A DNA stretch of 64,000 bases from Klebsormidium nitens (Eukaryota > Plantae > Klebsormidiophyceae): NCBI GenBank assembly GCA_000708835.1, contig DF237025.1, positions 28,506-92,505 of the forward strand, in the 5' to 3' direction. Positions 37,777 through 50,397 of this stretch are shown one piece after another. The notes under the pieces were generated by a model that searched no databases, was not told where the DNA came from, and was given only the letters and a program-made list of their open reading frames with translations. The position numbers and the translations under genes are program-made. Within the stretch, counting starts at the first letter, position 1. Each line of letters begins with the position of its first letter.

Positions 37777-38393
37777 TAGGATGGGCTCGCCGGGGCAGTT
37801 TGTCTGAGAAGGTTCCTGGGGGCGCTTGAGAAGAGGGTGCAGCGCAATCTATGAGCGTCCAGTCGGGCGCTGCGACATGCGTGTGGCGATGCGCCTGCCT
37901 TCCTGGAACAGCCGGAGAATCTAGTGAACCGGTCGTTTACGGCCGCGCGAGCTTTCCTTTCCAGATGCACCCTACTCAATTCAACTAGTTTGCTGGATTT
38001 TGCATGGGGTTATGAGCGACCATTCCTTGATCCATCATGACTATCATGTGCCGTACAAGGTGTTGTGCATTGAACGTGTTGGATATTTTGAACCAGTTGT
38101 CATGTCCACGACGTGCAAGGACTAAATAGAATGTTCAGTGAGCCTGTGAATTGCAATATGCATGTGGTCCGGAGGTCCGTCAATGAATCATTTAAGTTGC
38201 ATGATGGCCAATTGGGAAACAATACTTCAAAAGCCAATCAATGCACTAGCTATAGCTGGATGGAACATCTTCGACTGGACAGTGGAGGCGCTTTGTCGGG
38301 CGCGTTGAGTATGCAGATTGTGACGTATGCATGTGCCAAATTACGGCCGGAATCTTGCAATGAGCCTATACAAGCCTGCCGCGGCCGGCACCC

Positions 38394-38406
38394 GGGCGGC
38401 CGCGCC
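38394..38406. promoter_or_regulatory. GC-rich 13-mer GGGCGGCCGCGCC about 270 bp upstream of the RecN ATG
   Basis: An identical 13-mer lies at 50784-50796, about 280 bp upstream of the Cpn60 ATG. Confidence 0.3.
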
Positions 38407-38675
38407 CATGTTACCTTAGGAACGCCCACTGATGGGCCGGCTCAGGCTCGCGGCGCGCGCAGTTCTGGCTCAGACCGTGTCTAACGGTCAGACTGGACGC
38501 CCACGATTCAAACTTTCAAAGCTTGCAAACGAAAGAGGACTCCGGGAGCGCCTCAATAGATGCAAGAATGGTGAACCTGAACATGAAAGAAGCGCCCCGC
38601 TAGAGAGCTAGTCCTAGGAGAAAGCTAGCAGGGGCTTCTTCCTGCGGAAATGTCTGTTACACAATCCCGGTGGTA

Positions 38676-41600
38676 ATGTGTGCCGCTGTTGCAGCAGCTC
38701 GCGCCTGGGCCCGGAAAAGGTCTGTCGCAGCAGTTGTGATTTGGACATCGATAAAAGCGGTGCCGTTCAAGATGGATTGTTCCTGCCACATTCGGTCCGG
38801 GCAATCGCACGCCTTTCAATCAGTTCAGTCAGGTTCCACTGCACACTCTAAGCATGTTGTTACTCATTTAGACTGCGGGATAAATGCGCCTGTCATGGGG
38901 TCCCAGAGAGCGGTAAGCTATGGCGGTGCCCATAAGACGGTGCGTCTGCGGGGGTGCTTTTTAGGCAGCTTTGGGGGCGGGTTCCATAGCAAGTTCATGG
39001 AGAATTTCAACACCCACTTTGGAGGGGCTTATCACACCCACAAAGGGAGCTCCTGGGAGGCCCTGCGGATGCTTGGTGTGCCCGCACACAACTGGGATAA
39101 TGAAGCGTGGGCCGGTTGGCAGGGCCTACCTGAAAAGAAGCGGGCTCGAATTATCCGCAGTGCCATAGATATGGGCTGTGAGCGCAGGAGCAACAACGAC
39201 GTCATGCCGGGTGAAAAGATTCACCTCAGGGGCAACGCAATGCTGTCTCTTGACAAGCCGGATCTAGTGATGAATGGCAAGAGCGCTGCAATCCAAGAGC
39301 TTTCGCAGCACTTCTCCGGTCCGTCTCAAACAGTTGGCGAAGGACAGAAGGTACTTGGAACTGAGCAGCTGGAGAAGTCAACTGCTGGTGACGAGTCAGA
39401 AAGTAAGAACGGTGCTGTAACCAATGGGGTTCTGAGAAATGATGCTGTCAGCATTTCAAGTGAGGGGGCCGGGGCAGGAACTCACCGATTTGGGGCAGAG
39501 CCGGAAGGGGGTTTGGCGTGGTTGCAGGAGCTGAGCATCAGGCAAGTGGAAGTATAGACTGCTAGCGTTCTGTTGAGATTGAGGACCTTATCAACGAACG
39601 TATTGAGCCTTTGACATGGTGTGAGCTGTGATGTTATGTCCACGTAAAGGCTGGATTTTGATACATGTTGGCACGTATAGCCTGGCAGTCTTGATAAGCG
39701 CTGTCTGATGCGGAAAGCCCACTATGATAGCTGCAAAAGTTGCAAGCTCGAAGCTTAATAACATTTGCAGGTTGCCAGAATATGTGCTCTCTCAACCCGC
39801 TCACGCGTATGAGGTAAATTCCAGCCGTTAAGCTTTCAAAACATTGTCAGACTGCCAGGCCCCCACCATTAAACTTGGCAAATATTGCTACTAACAACCA
39901 GCAGAGGTTTGCTTTGTTTGCTGTGGGAGATCGCAACTAGTGCTATTTCTCCAATGACATGGAGTCCTTAATTGCATCCCGTACACGCTTTGATCTGCCC
40001 GACAACTATGATGTGCAACCTGGACTTGAGGACCCGAATCCCCCGTCGGGACGTTATTACGACGTCATGCCTTGTGTTTTCTTCCTTGTTTTGATAGGCG
40101 ATACATTGATTGGAGAGTCATAGTACTGCTATTCGTTCATAACTTTCAAACTCGATTTGCTGTGCAGCAACTTCGCTCTTGTAGAGGAGCAGATCGTCAT
40201 GTTCAGCCCCGGGCTAAACGTCATCACGGGCGAGAGCGGCTCCGGCAAAACCATCCTCCTACAAGCGCTCGGCCAGATTCTCGGCGCCTCCCTCGCGGAA
40301 GACTCAATCCGCCCCCCCGCCACCTCAGCAACCCTCGAGGGCCGTTTTGTACTTGCCCCCATGCTTCGGCCAATCCTGGCCTTCCACCTGGACGGCAATC
40401 CAACGGCCGTGATCGCGACACTTGGCGATGCGGGGACGTCGATGTTGGGCGGTCCAGTCCAGTTGGTTCTGGCACGGGAGATCCTTGGCAGGGGGGACGA
40501 AAACGGGCCGGGAAAAGGGGGGGACGACAGGAGGGCGGGGAAGGCGCGCAGCGTGTGTAAGATCAACGGGGCGCTGGTGCCGCTTAAAGTGTTGCGGCGG
40601 GTGGGGGCGATGCTGGTGGATGTGAACGGGCAGAACTCGCAGGCGAGTCAATCAATCATTGATTATTTCCCTTTTGAGCCCCTCTCTTGCACACCAAACA
40701 AGAAGCAGAGGCGACACAGCCGCGAGAGTCTGTTCAGTTCGTCTTTGTTATTGAGAAGCCGAGAAGATTCCTCTCAGCGTTTGGGTTGCCTTCTAAACGG
40801 GCACGTGCATGTTGCAGTGAGCCGCAGGTCGAAGGCGAAATACAGGCAGTCCCAGCATAGCCGTTCCGGACCTGTGAATTTCGGCAATATGAAGTCCTGA
40901 AAATCACGGGTATGTTTTCTGGTTGTTCAAGGAACCAGCACTGCGGACAGAAAAGAAACACACAGAGAATCAGGAGAAGAAGGAAGAGGAACGAACCCAG
41001 AAAATACAAGCTTGAGAAAGAAAGAAGGAAAGAAATAACACGTGTGCTTTTCTGTTGCTTTCGTTCAGGCGACTCTGCGCTCCGAGGCCTCCCAACTCGA
41101 GATGCTCGATCGCCACGCTGGGGCATCCTCATACCGCGAGCAGTTCGCGCAGCTCACGGAGCGGGCGCGCGCCATCTGGCGTGAGATGGAGGAACTAGGG
41201 AAGGGGGGCCAACGGGAAGAGAAAGAGCTGACGGAACTGGTGGAGGAGGTCGGGGCGCTGGGGATGGACTACGGAGATGAGGAGACGTGGCGGAACGAGC
41301 TGAAGCAACAGGTACGGTTTCTTGGTGGAAGAACGAATTAGAGTTGAAAGATTCCTCGTGTTCGTAAATTCTCAGATTCGAAGGTTTGACGAACTCGTGT
41401 CTTTGATGGTTGGGTTCGTGGAGGAAACAGGGGAAGCGAGAAACACAGCAAACAAGATTCGGGCGTCCAGGTTGCACTCAGGCGAGAAGAGCGCGCAGCG
41501 GAACGCATTGAAGAACAGGTGACATCTGATCGGAGAAAACTCCGAAAGTCAACACGAATCGAGCATGGGATACTTCGTGAACAAGGAAGGGAAACGAAGA

Positions 41601-44600
41601 AAGCGGGAAGCGGTTCGACTCTGAAGCGCTTTGCTTGAATATAACGAGGCTGTTGCACGTACGTTTTGCTCGGGCATGCATCCGGGGGGGGGGAAGCGTC
41701 GACACCGTAGTGCAAAGAGGAGATCTAGAGCGATTGCTGCAAAAGTCATCAAACACTCGTATGGAAAAGGGGTAGTGGGCAGTCCACACGGATTTGCTGG
41801 TCTGGAGTCGATTCCTACAACGAACTGGGAACAAGGAAAGAAAGACGCTCTCTTTCTTTTGGTTGAAAGAGGTCCACTTTTGGTTGCTGTAAGGGGCGCT
41901 CTCTTCCTGACGTCAGCAAACTGCCATCTCCGAGCAGGCGGCAGCTGACCACTGCGGGGCAATGCATCCCCCTCACGTCGGAGGCCGGCCGGGGATCCCC
42001 CTTTCTTGCTGACGTCAGCAATCCGTCGCTTTCGCAGGAGGCCGAGCAGGCTGCGGCCGACCACTGCCGGGCGGTGCACTCCCTCATGTCGGAGGCCGGT
42101 TCGAGCGGCCGAGGGGTATCCCCCTCGGGCCGCGGGGGGGCCGGGATCAAGGGCAGCTTGCGGGCGGTGGTTCGGGAGCTGCAGAGCATCGTGGGCGAGT
42201 CGGACGACGGGGAGGTGGTGACATGGAGCGGGGAGGCGTCCGGGAGTGACGTCAGCGACGCGCTGGATATGGTCGTCGAGGCGCAGGCGCTGCTCGAGGC
42301 CGCGGTGAGCGGCGCGTGCTTTCTGCAGGAAGAGTTATTCCACTGCTTCTCGCTCAACCCTTGATTGCGGCGATCATGCTGAGTTCCATTGCTCGGATGC
42401 TTTTTTCCATTACTCGTTGTCGCCGTCGTTTCAGGTTTCCCAATTCGCTCACCAACATCTGCTCTCATCTTGCCACACGTTCCTTTCTTCTCTTATCCCC
42501 TTGTAGTTCAGTCCTCTCTTTCCCCTCCTCTTCTCACATCTGCCCGATTGTCTGTAATACGAGGTTCTCGACTGTTTTGACCCAGTCCTTTCCAGGTTCA
42601 CTTGGTGCTACAGAATCATTTACTTGTCCCCGTTCCACAGTTCCTCCTCTTCCTGGCTTTTCAACCCACCTCGTTTACACTCTTCCCTTCCCTCCGTCCA
42701 GATCCTCTTCTCTTCCTTCGTTTCATCGGCTATTCCTCAACCTGTTTGCCCCAGTTTCGCCCACTTTTCTGCTCTCATCTCGTTCCCATTCCATCGTCTC
42801 TAGATTTTTCGCTATGATCCAACTTGCTCTGTCCCGATGACCAACAGGACTTCTCACCATACGCACTATGGAGCATAGAAAGCGGAGGAGACTCCAATCC
42901 TCCGATTAGCAGGAAAACCGTGATTCTGGACCAAGTACGACCGTGATTCTCGACTAACTACGAACGTCGTGAATTCGCCACTCTCAACTGTCAGACATTG
43001 TTGATGTTGGGCAGGAAGCGCGCGTTCAGGAATTTGCCTCGGGGCTGCGCTTCTCGGAGTCGCGCGCGCTGCAGTTGAAGCAGCGGTTGCGTCAGCTCCA
43101 GAAGCTGCTTCGGCGGTATGATGTCGAGACGGCCGACGAGCTGCTGGAGAAGGCGGAAGAAGCGGAGGAGCGGCTCAATGGAAAAGGTGAGCTCTTGTCA
43201 GTTTCACGGTTTACAGTTTGTCGTTTGGGGGTTTCGGGCCGTGGAACCTGGGTTCTGGCAAAAGTAGGCCTGTAAGAAAACCGCACGAAGCCAGCCGACA
43301 AGCTGCTGGAGAAGGGGGGGAAGCAGGGGCGCGGCTTAACGGAGAGGGTGGGCTTTAGGGTTTTGAGGGGTTACGGTCTCTTCATCCTGGGTTTTTAGGG
43401 TCCAGTGTTATGAAGGCTTAAGAGGGACGGCGTGAAAACGGTTGACTAGGTGCTGGAGATGGCGGAGGAAGCGGAGGAGCCGCTCAACGGAAAAGGTGGG
43501 TTGAGGGTTGAGAGGTTGTCCGTTTCCCGGTTTTACGACGGGTTTCGAAGGTATACCAGGAGGTTTGGAGATCAGGGAATATCGGATTTAAAAAGCGGAG
43601 GAGCGGCGCAACGGGGAAGGTGATCTGAGGGCACTGAAGGCTTCCGGACTTGTCTCTTTAAACCCTTAACCGCCTCAACCAACGGCCAACCTGCGGCGCA
43701 ACGTCGGTTCCTTTTCTTCTGCTTACTGAACCCCTGAAGGACCTTAAAGGTCAAACTTCGGCCCCTTGTAATGACATTGCAAGTTTTCCCCCTTCATTTA
43801 CAAAAAGAATAAGGCGGAGCCCTGAAATGATTTTGAAATGCCCTCCTCTCAGGTGATGCGGCGGGAAGCGCTTGGGGCCCCCTGATTTTTGCGGTGTACC
43901 AAACGGCGCTCGAGCTTATCCTGCGCAGACAAACCCCTCAAAGACGAGCCCTTTTCTCAGGCGGGACCCCTGCAAAAGCTTATGTATCCTTTCCCCCCAG
44001 GTGATGCGGAAGTGCGGCGAGAAGCGCTCCAGGCAGAGTGGGAATCCCTCGTTCCCGCGCTGTGCAAAACGGCGCTGGAGCTGAGTTTGCAGCGGCGGCG
44101 CGCGGCGGAGGGGCTGCGGCAGGCGGTCGAGGAGGCGCTGAAGCAGCTGGCCATGGAGCGGAGCAGGTTCCACGTGGACGTCGCCTGGGTAGGCCACGTG
44201 GCTGTGTGTATTTATAAGTGTATTTATAGCACTGCGGGGTTTTAGCTTGGCTCTGATGACCTGGTAGCGCAATCATCGTAGTCCCTTTTCGAATCGGCAA
44301 TAGAGGGTCTGATGGCCATAGAACGGAGCAGGTTCAAAGTGGAGTCGCCTGGGTAGGCCACGTGGCTGAGCGCGGCTTTGCTTGAGTGTGGTTTCAACGT
44401 GTGAAGGTTTTCCTTGGCTCTAGTGACCTGGTAGCGATCAATGAAGTCCGTGTTCAAGTTGGTAATACTAATGGCAACAGAGCGGAAGCGGGTTGCACGT
44501 GGACCTCAGCTGCGTAGGCCACGTGGCCGAGCGCGGAATTGGTTGTGGGGGTTTGTTGTGACATTTTTAAGGTCGCACTTGGCTTGGTCGAGCTGGTTGC

Positions 44601-47600
44601 GATTACGGAGGTGCGGATTGAAGTTGGTAATGCTTTCAGAGTCTGCTCTTCAGAGTCCACCAGGTTCTTGTGGGGCTCGCATCGGCTAAGGGTGCGGCCA
44701 AAGCTGGGTCTACCTTCCAAAGTGTGCAGTAGCTCCGAATTTAGGAGATCCGTGTCAACTGGGTCCTTGCAAAATTGATCAAGGTTGGCGCAATGACATC
44801 CGGGTGGAGTTTCAAAAGACAAGCCACACGCAAGAAACTCGCCGGCCTATTGTGGAGTTCAGGGCTTAAGCGCACGCCTTGTTCTGATTCGCATTTACCA
44901 ATCGTCCGCAGGTGAAAGGTTCGGCCTCTCCTGCCAACTTAGATGCCGCCGATGAAGACGAACTAGACGAGGACGAGTTTGAAGAAGACGACTTTGAGGA
45001 AGAGGACGACGTTTTCGACGAGTCCGAATCCGAAGACGAGCCGCCGCCCATTCTCATCGACAAGGGGCTCCTGCGGGTCCCGGACGCTGGACAGGTGTGG
45101 CTCTCATCACTAAGATCATTTGACGAAATGAAATCAATGACGATCAGACTCCCAATCGCATCAAGGAGACTGATGGACAAGCGTGAAAGCCCAGCGTTGG
45201 CGCGCCCCTTGTATGCGCACCACCACTCTGACAAAATGCGAATTGACCCTACCTTCAACCCCCAAGTCCGGTTATCTTTCATGCCTCAATCTAGTTGTCC
45301 CAGGTAGGTCAAACTCTGTCCGTGAGTACGTCAGCTTGTGCTTCGTCAGTACCTCAGCTAGCGCTTCGTCTGTTCGTTCTCGTTACGTCACGTCATGCAC
45401 TCTACGTCACTTTGTGTTTCTCGGACCCTTCAACTTCACATATCCGGACAGGTCGGCAAAGCGGCGTCCAATATCATCCGATTATATGCCGTCATTATCA
45501 TAATGTGTACCCAGCGGAACCAACTAGGATGTGTTTTTTGCTAGGTCGGCGAGGCCGCATCCGAGTATTACCACTTCACATCGTCCGGCGTCGACCGCGT
45601 GACGTTCAAGCTAGCCGCGGGCGCGGGAGAGCCGCTGCTGCCGCTGAGCAACGTGGCGTCGGGAGGAGAATGCGCGCGCGTCATGCTGGGTGCGTTTCCA
45701 AGTCTCTTTTATAGATAGTTCCACCGACGTCATGCTACGTCATTGGGCGGCGACTAATTTACAGCAAATGCGCGCTGTCCGTCGCTGCGCAGTTTGCCGG
45801 CTCAAAACTCGGCAACTGACGCTAGCAGTCTCCACTCAATCTTGGCTGTCAAGACCCGCCGTTAAACTAAGCCGTCCAGCCATCATGCGTGAGCAGATTA
45901 TCCATTCAAAGGGGGCGTCGTGTGACCCGTTACGGCACCACATAGCCCGGTTGCCTGCATTCCGGTCGCTAACCTCGATACCACGTGACCAAATATTTAG
46001 CAACACGAGGACAGGATATTCTGGCGAAGGGGCCGCGGAATCACGTGGTTTAACGCCCTCTTTGACACCCTTTGATGTCGCTTCCGCATTGCTTAAAACT
46101 CTTAGGGACACAGCATGTCATGCTGGGTACTTAAAGATCCCTACGCTTCTTCGACGCCGTCTCTGCATAGCCTCTTGGAAGGGCGCGCATGGGTTGCCGT
46201 TTACGTGCAGATCCGTAGCTTTCTGTCGTGAGCCTTGGCCGACCGTGGCAAAGTAGTAAGGGCGTATCCCCTGAGCGTATCGCCAGTATTCAATCTGACT
46301 TGCGATCATTTGTTCGTCTTGTTAGGAGTCTTTGGAACATCGAGGACGTTCCTGCGACGAAAATTCCGCCCGATCAGTCCGTTTCAACCGGTACTTCATC
46401 ACAGATCTCGAACTTCAACACCCCAAATTTGATTTATTCCCTGCAGCGCTCAAAACCGTTCCCGGCGCGGCGGAGGGCGGCGTTCCGGTGGCCGTGTTCG
46501 ACGAGTTGGACAGCGGCGTCGGCGGCCGGATCGGCGCGCGTCTCGGGAGCAGCCTGCGGCGGCTTGCGAGCGCGGGGCATCAGGTACGTGAAGCGCTTTC
46601 TTATTCTTATTCTGGCACCTGTGACAAGTGCCTGGACATCTTAGGGTTTGCGAGGCACCGAATTGTCGTTAAGAGCTGGAAGTGAGTACAAGAAGCATGT
46701 TGGCTGGTTCTTACAAATGTTTCTACTGGGCGAATAGTCCGGGGCTCGCGTTGGGGATAACAGTGTTCAGTCTCAAAGGCGATGGCAGGAACACAGAATT
46801 TGTGCAATTTTTTTGCATTGAATCGTGGTCTTTGAGTCTGCAATCTGTCTAACATGTGATGCTCAAAGAAGTTGCTCAGTCATGACCTAAAACTCCGATC
46901 GAGTGGCATGAAGCGTTAGGGTCGTCAGCTTGCCAGCTGCGGACGGGTGGGAATCCTTTGAGGGTTCGGTAGGGGCACGGGCGCGAAGCGGGTGATGTCA
47001 AGGGGCTAAGTTTTTACTCTTAGATTAGCAGCTTTCCCATGCTTATTCTTAGTGTTCGACAATCGAAGAGCATAGTAGGTACGAAGGATCTCCCCGCTGG
47101 TCCTGCAGGTGTTGTGCGTGACGCACCTCCCCCAGGTGGCGGCATATGCCGACCAGCACGTGCGGGTGGTTAAGGAACCGGGTCAGGACGGCCGGTCGGT
47201 TACTCGGGCGGAGGTGCTGGACAAGGAAGAAGCCCGGGTGAGGCAAACCGGACACCTTGTCTCTGTCTGAAACTGAGGGGCCTGGGTAGTTTTGGCGGCC
47301 GACAAGTCTGGCATCACACATCCAGCTTCAGCTTTTATCAGAACGATTGTCTGCTCAAGCTGTAAATTCATTTGTGTCAAAAGCTGGTACGAATTGACTG
47401 ATTGGCGCCGATTGGCCATCCTGAGACTGGTATTCTTTGCACTTCTTTGATGACTTTGTCAGCAGCATCGCGTCGACTATTTTCATCTCTTTGCTGCGGG
47501 CGAGGGGTCCATTCTTAACGGAACAATGGTAAGTTGAAGTACCATTTTCCGACGTATTGTGTCACGTTATCAGTAAACAGAAACTTCTTGGTTCTGTGCA

Positions 47601-47745
47601 GTTAGAAGAGATAGCCAGCATGCTGGGGTTGGGCATCCCTGCGGCGCGGGACTTGCTAGCGGGCGTCACTAGCAACGGTGCGCCAAGCAGCCTCGCTTTG
47701 GACGACGCCCCACCGGCGCGCTCGGCTAATCAGGCGCCCAAGTAG
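38676..47745 (+). CDS. recN: Bacterial-type DNA repair ATPase RecN (SMC-like) with an N-terminal extension of about 280 aa, 11 exons, about 982 aa
   Basis: Exons 38676-39541 (GC donor), 40168-40642 (GC donor), 41069-41311, 42038-42304, 43015-43186, 44001-44188, 44912-45094, 45545-45689, 46447-46583, 47109-47237, 47602-47745; all phases agree. LQELSI(S)NFALVEE, Walker A ITGESGSGKT, Q-loop VDVNGQ, signature VASGGECARVMLALK, Walker B/D-loop VFDELDSGVGG, H-loop VLCVTHLPQVAAYAD, EEIASMLG. The start codon is uncertain. Confidence 0.92.
43130..43625 (+). repeat. Decayed tandem copies of the RecN exon 5 3' end and donor
   Basis: CTGCTGGAGAAGGCGGAAGAAGCGGAGGAGCGGCTCAATGGAAAAG|GT is echoed with donors near 43348, 43496 and 43620. 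Confidence 0.85.
44148..44560 (+). repeat. About 163-bp tandem copies of the RecN exon 6 3' end and donor
   Basis: GGAGCAGGTTC.A.GTGGA.TCGCCTGG|GTAGGCCACGTGGC: real donor at 44189, copies at 44353 and 44514; an intron motif CTTGGCTCT..TGACCTGGTAGCG also recurs. Confidence 0.88.
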
Positions 47746-48994
47746 TTACTAATAAGGTAAGCGGATAGGAATTTTACTAAGCTGACTCACAAATATTAGA
47801 TAATGCGTAAAGCGCAGCATGCCAAGCCCGCGTTTCTGGCGTGCTTTGTTGTAAAAACTAATTGCGGATACATAGCCATTATGGAGATAATAGGAGGATT
47901 GAGCATACTCGTCAAGCTACCTGGAAACTTCCAGCCGGATCTGCAGGCAGATTCAATAGGCAATAACGGCATAATGCTGCGCTCGCAAGCTGCCCTGTAA
48001 AATATAAACCTAAAAGCTGGTCAGTGTATGTAGCATAAAAGTATAGCTGCAGGTGATCTGATTTTTAGACATATGTAGTTGTGTTAAAGCCTTGCTGAGT
48101 AGATTGAATACAAACACCGGTGTGCATGCAAGTTCTCGTACGTGAATCAGAGCATATTTTGCAAGCGTTTGGCATGCCGGCCGGATGGTCGCATGAGATG
48201 TCGATTCGTTGATGTAACTAGTAGTTTGGGAACAGGTGAGGGCTGCAGCCTGCTCGCGGGCCTATTGTGAACATGATTGAGCTTGCATCATAGCTGAATT
48301 GCATGCGATGAGATTGCGGACTTCGATCATTCCTCGAATCATGGCCGCTCACTGCTTGATCCGACCGCGTGATGGACCAATCGAATTGCCGGGATCATCC
48401 ATGGCAGATAGTATGTATTCACATGCACCGCTGCCGCCCATGAGCATGAGACGATTATTTCAGAAATTTTCGTTAAATAGGCGCGGGCCGGCTGACCGGC
48501 TCTCAAAAATAAGCTCGGGCCCGATTATATGAGTGGGCTTTCATTGCTGCATCGGCCACGCCGGGTCAGGTCCAACGATCAGTGCCAAAAGATAATATAA
48601 ACAAAGAAATGTCTGGAATGTGACTGACATTGAACCGAGACAAGCGGCACTGATTCAGCAGATAGAAGCTCCACTCTACATTGCAGCGTGCTATTTCGGC
48701 GGCATCTTATTTCAGCCTGTTAACTGTCCGGACCCCGATTTCTGCTGCTATGGGATCCTCTCCTTGGTACTCTCACACTCACAGAAAACATTGTTGGCCT
48801 GGCCATCGCTATGGCCGCCAGTTCTACATTGACCCACCAACTATATGATGGTCGAGATTATCAGAGAGGCGTTCAGAAGAGCGTAAATATACTTTTGCTC
48901 TTATTCCTGTCTCCTTGAAGCTGCCGAAGGCAGCACGTAAACGTTTCCCATGGTAACTCAACGAAATGGTCTGACCGCACATGTTAGAAGCAAG

Positions 48995-50397
48995 CTACGC
49001 CCGGAATTGCCACTCTCGTCGGCACATGGGGCAGTGGGGTTGCGGGCTCTGTGAATTGACCCACTTCAGGATGCAGTGAAGGTGGAACGCATGGTTGCAC
49101 GCCCCCCAGACTGCAAAAGAAGATAACAGGGCTGACTCAACGGCGGACTGATTTCTATGACACATATATGCTTTTGACTCCCTTCCAGCAGCCTGAGCAA
49201 CTGATGCCACATGTAACACTAGCTGGGATTGTAATCGAGCAGACAGACAGAAAACACAAGCCATGGCCCCTCAGCCAAACATGAGCTCCACCACAGTTTT
49301 TGTCTTAGAACTCAGGTCAAGAATATCAGCAGCTGAGGGGCTTTGAAACTGGACCTTTCACCCAACACATTTTAGCTCCTCCAGAAATTCTGAGCAGTCT
49401 GCAACGGTTTCGCTTACTCAGGGGGCAGTCGTCGCCTGCAAACTTGCAGTCTGGACAGCAGCCGTCAAACGCCATCCTGCAGATCCCGCACGTGTCTTCG
49501 CCAGCGTCCCATGTCCACACGCCCACCGCATGCCACCTGTAAAGAGCACAAGCAATGTCAACATAGCTCACCAGCGGCTACGTAATCAGTCCTGCCATGG
49601 AGGATCCTGTAGGATCAGATGGTGGCAGCTGATGGAGGACTCATCCAGGCAGAATGGAGTGACTCACACAGAAAGCTACAAGTTTTTGGAGGAAGCTCAG
49701 GCAGAATGGAGTGACTCACACGGAAAGCCACAAGTTTGGCCCAGCTGACCTACTCATCAATCAAGCAAGCCCTTCAAAGCTGGATCCCTCTTCTGTGTGA
49801 AGTTGTTCGGTAATAGAAGATGAGGAGTGCGGTACAAACAACAAGCTTCAGTAGCCACGAATGCTTTGACAGAAGGGGAACATGTCCCGTTTCCCATGGA
49901 ATAAGTTGCACTTGCTTCAGATGTCTCACGTGTAAGGGCGGTCAATTGAGGTAGCGATGTGGGCCTTCAGTATACAGGCATGGCTGCTAACCCATTTAGC
50001 TGATGTCAGCAAAGCGGCACGCTGATGGCTTTGAATGAATACTGTTCTGCATCGCTGACTGTATCTCTGCCTCACTCTTGCGCATACCACTATTATTAGA
50101 CCTTGGGTGGTGTTTGGGTCACTGTTAATCTGGACCAGCTAAATCGTTTCGCGAAATTGTAAGATGGAGCTCGCGGCACAAATGTTTCGCTTGCAAGCTC
50201 AGAAGCAAAGTTGTGCGAGAACTTGCTCCTTGCACCTTTTCAAAAAGATAATTTGACATTTGATTGACCAGTGGTGTAAGGTTTGAAGCACCTGCGCGGA
50301 TCCGAAACATTCAGAAACAAAACAAGCGCCACAATGTGGATCATGGAATGGAGGGCAGAATGCTTTGCACTACTCACTTGATGATTTTGACCTTCAT
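48995..50397 (-). CDS. APC11: Anaphase-promoting complex subunit 11 (RING-H2), 3 exons, 84 aa
   Basis: Exons 50397-50378, 49536-49418, 49110-48995 give MKVKIIKWHAVGVWTWDAGEDTCGICRMAFDGCCPDCKFAGDDCPLIWGACNHAFHLHCILKWVNSQSPQPHCPMCRREWQFRA. Confidence 0.97.
49645..49745. repeat. Short imperfect direct duplication (about 40 bp) in APC11 intron 1
   Basis: CAGGCAGAATGGAGTGACTCACAC.GAAAGC.ACAAGTTT occurs twice. Confidence 0.8.

Noticed and set aside
41470-41518. 48-nt in-frame AG...GT segment as an extra RecN exon
   Set aside because: Better explained as a decayed echo of the exon 3 end, and not needed for the protein.
42316-42840. 174-aa Ser/Leu/Phe/Pro-rich ORF
   Set aside because: CT-rich low-complexity intron sequence.
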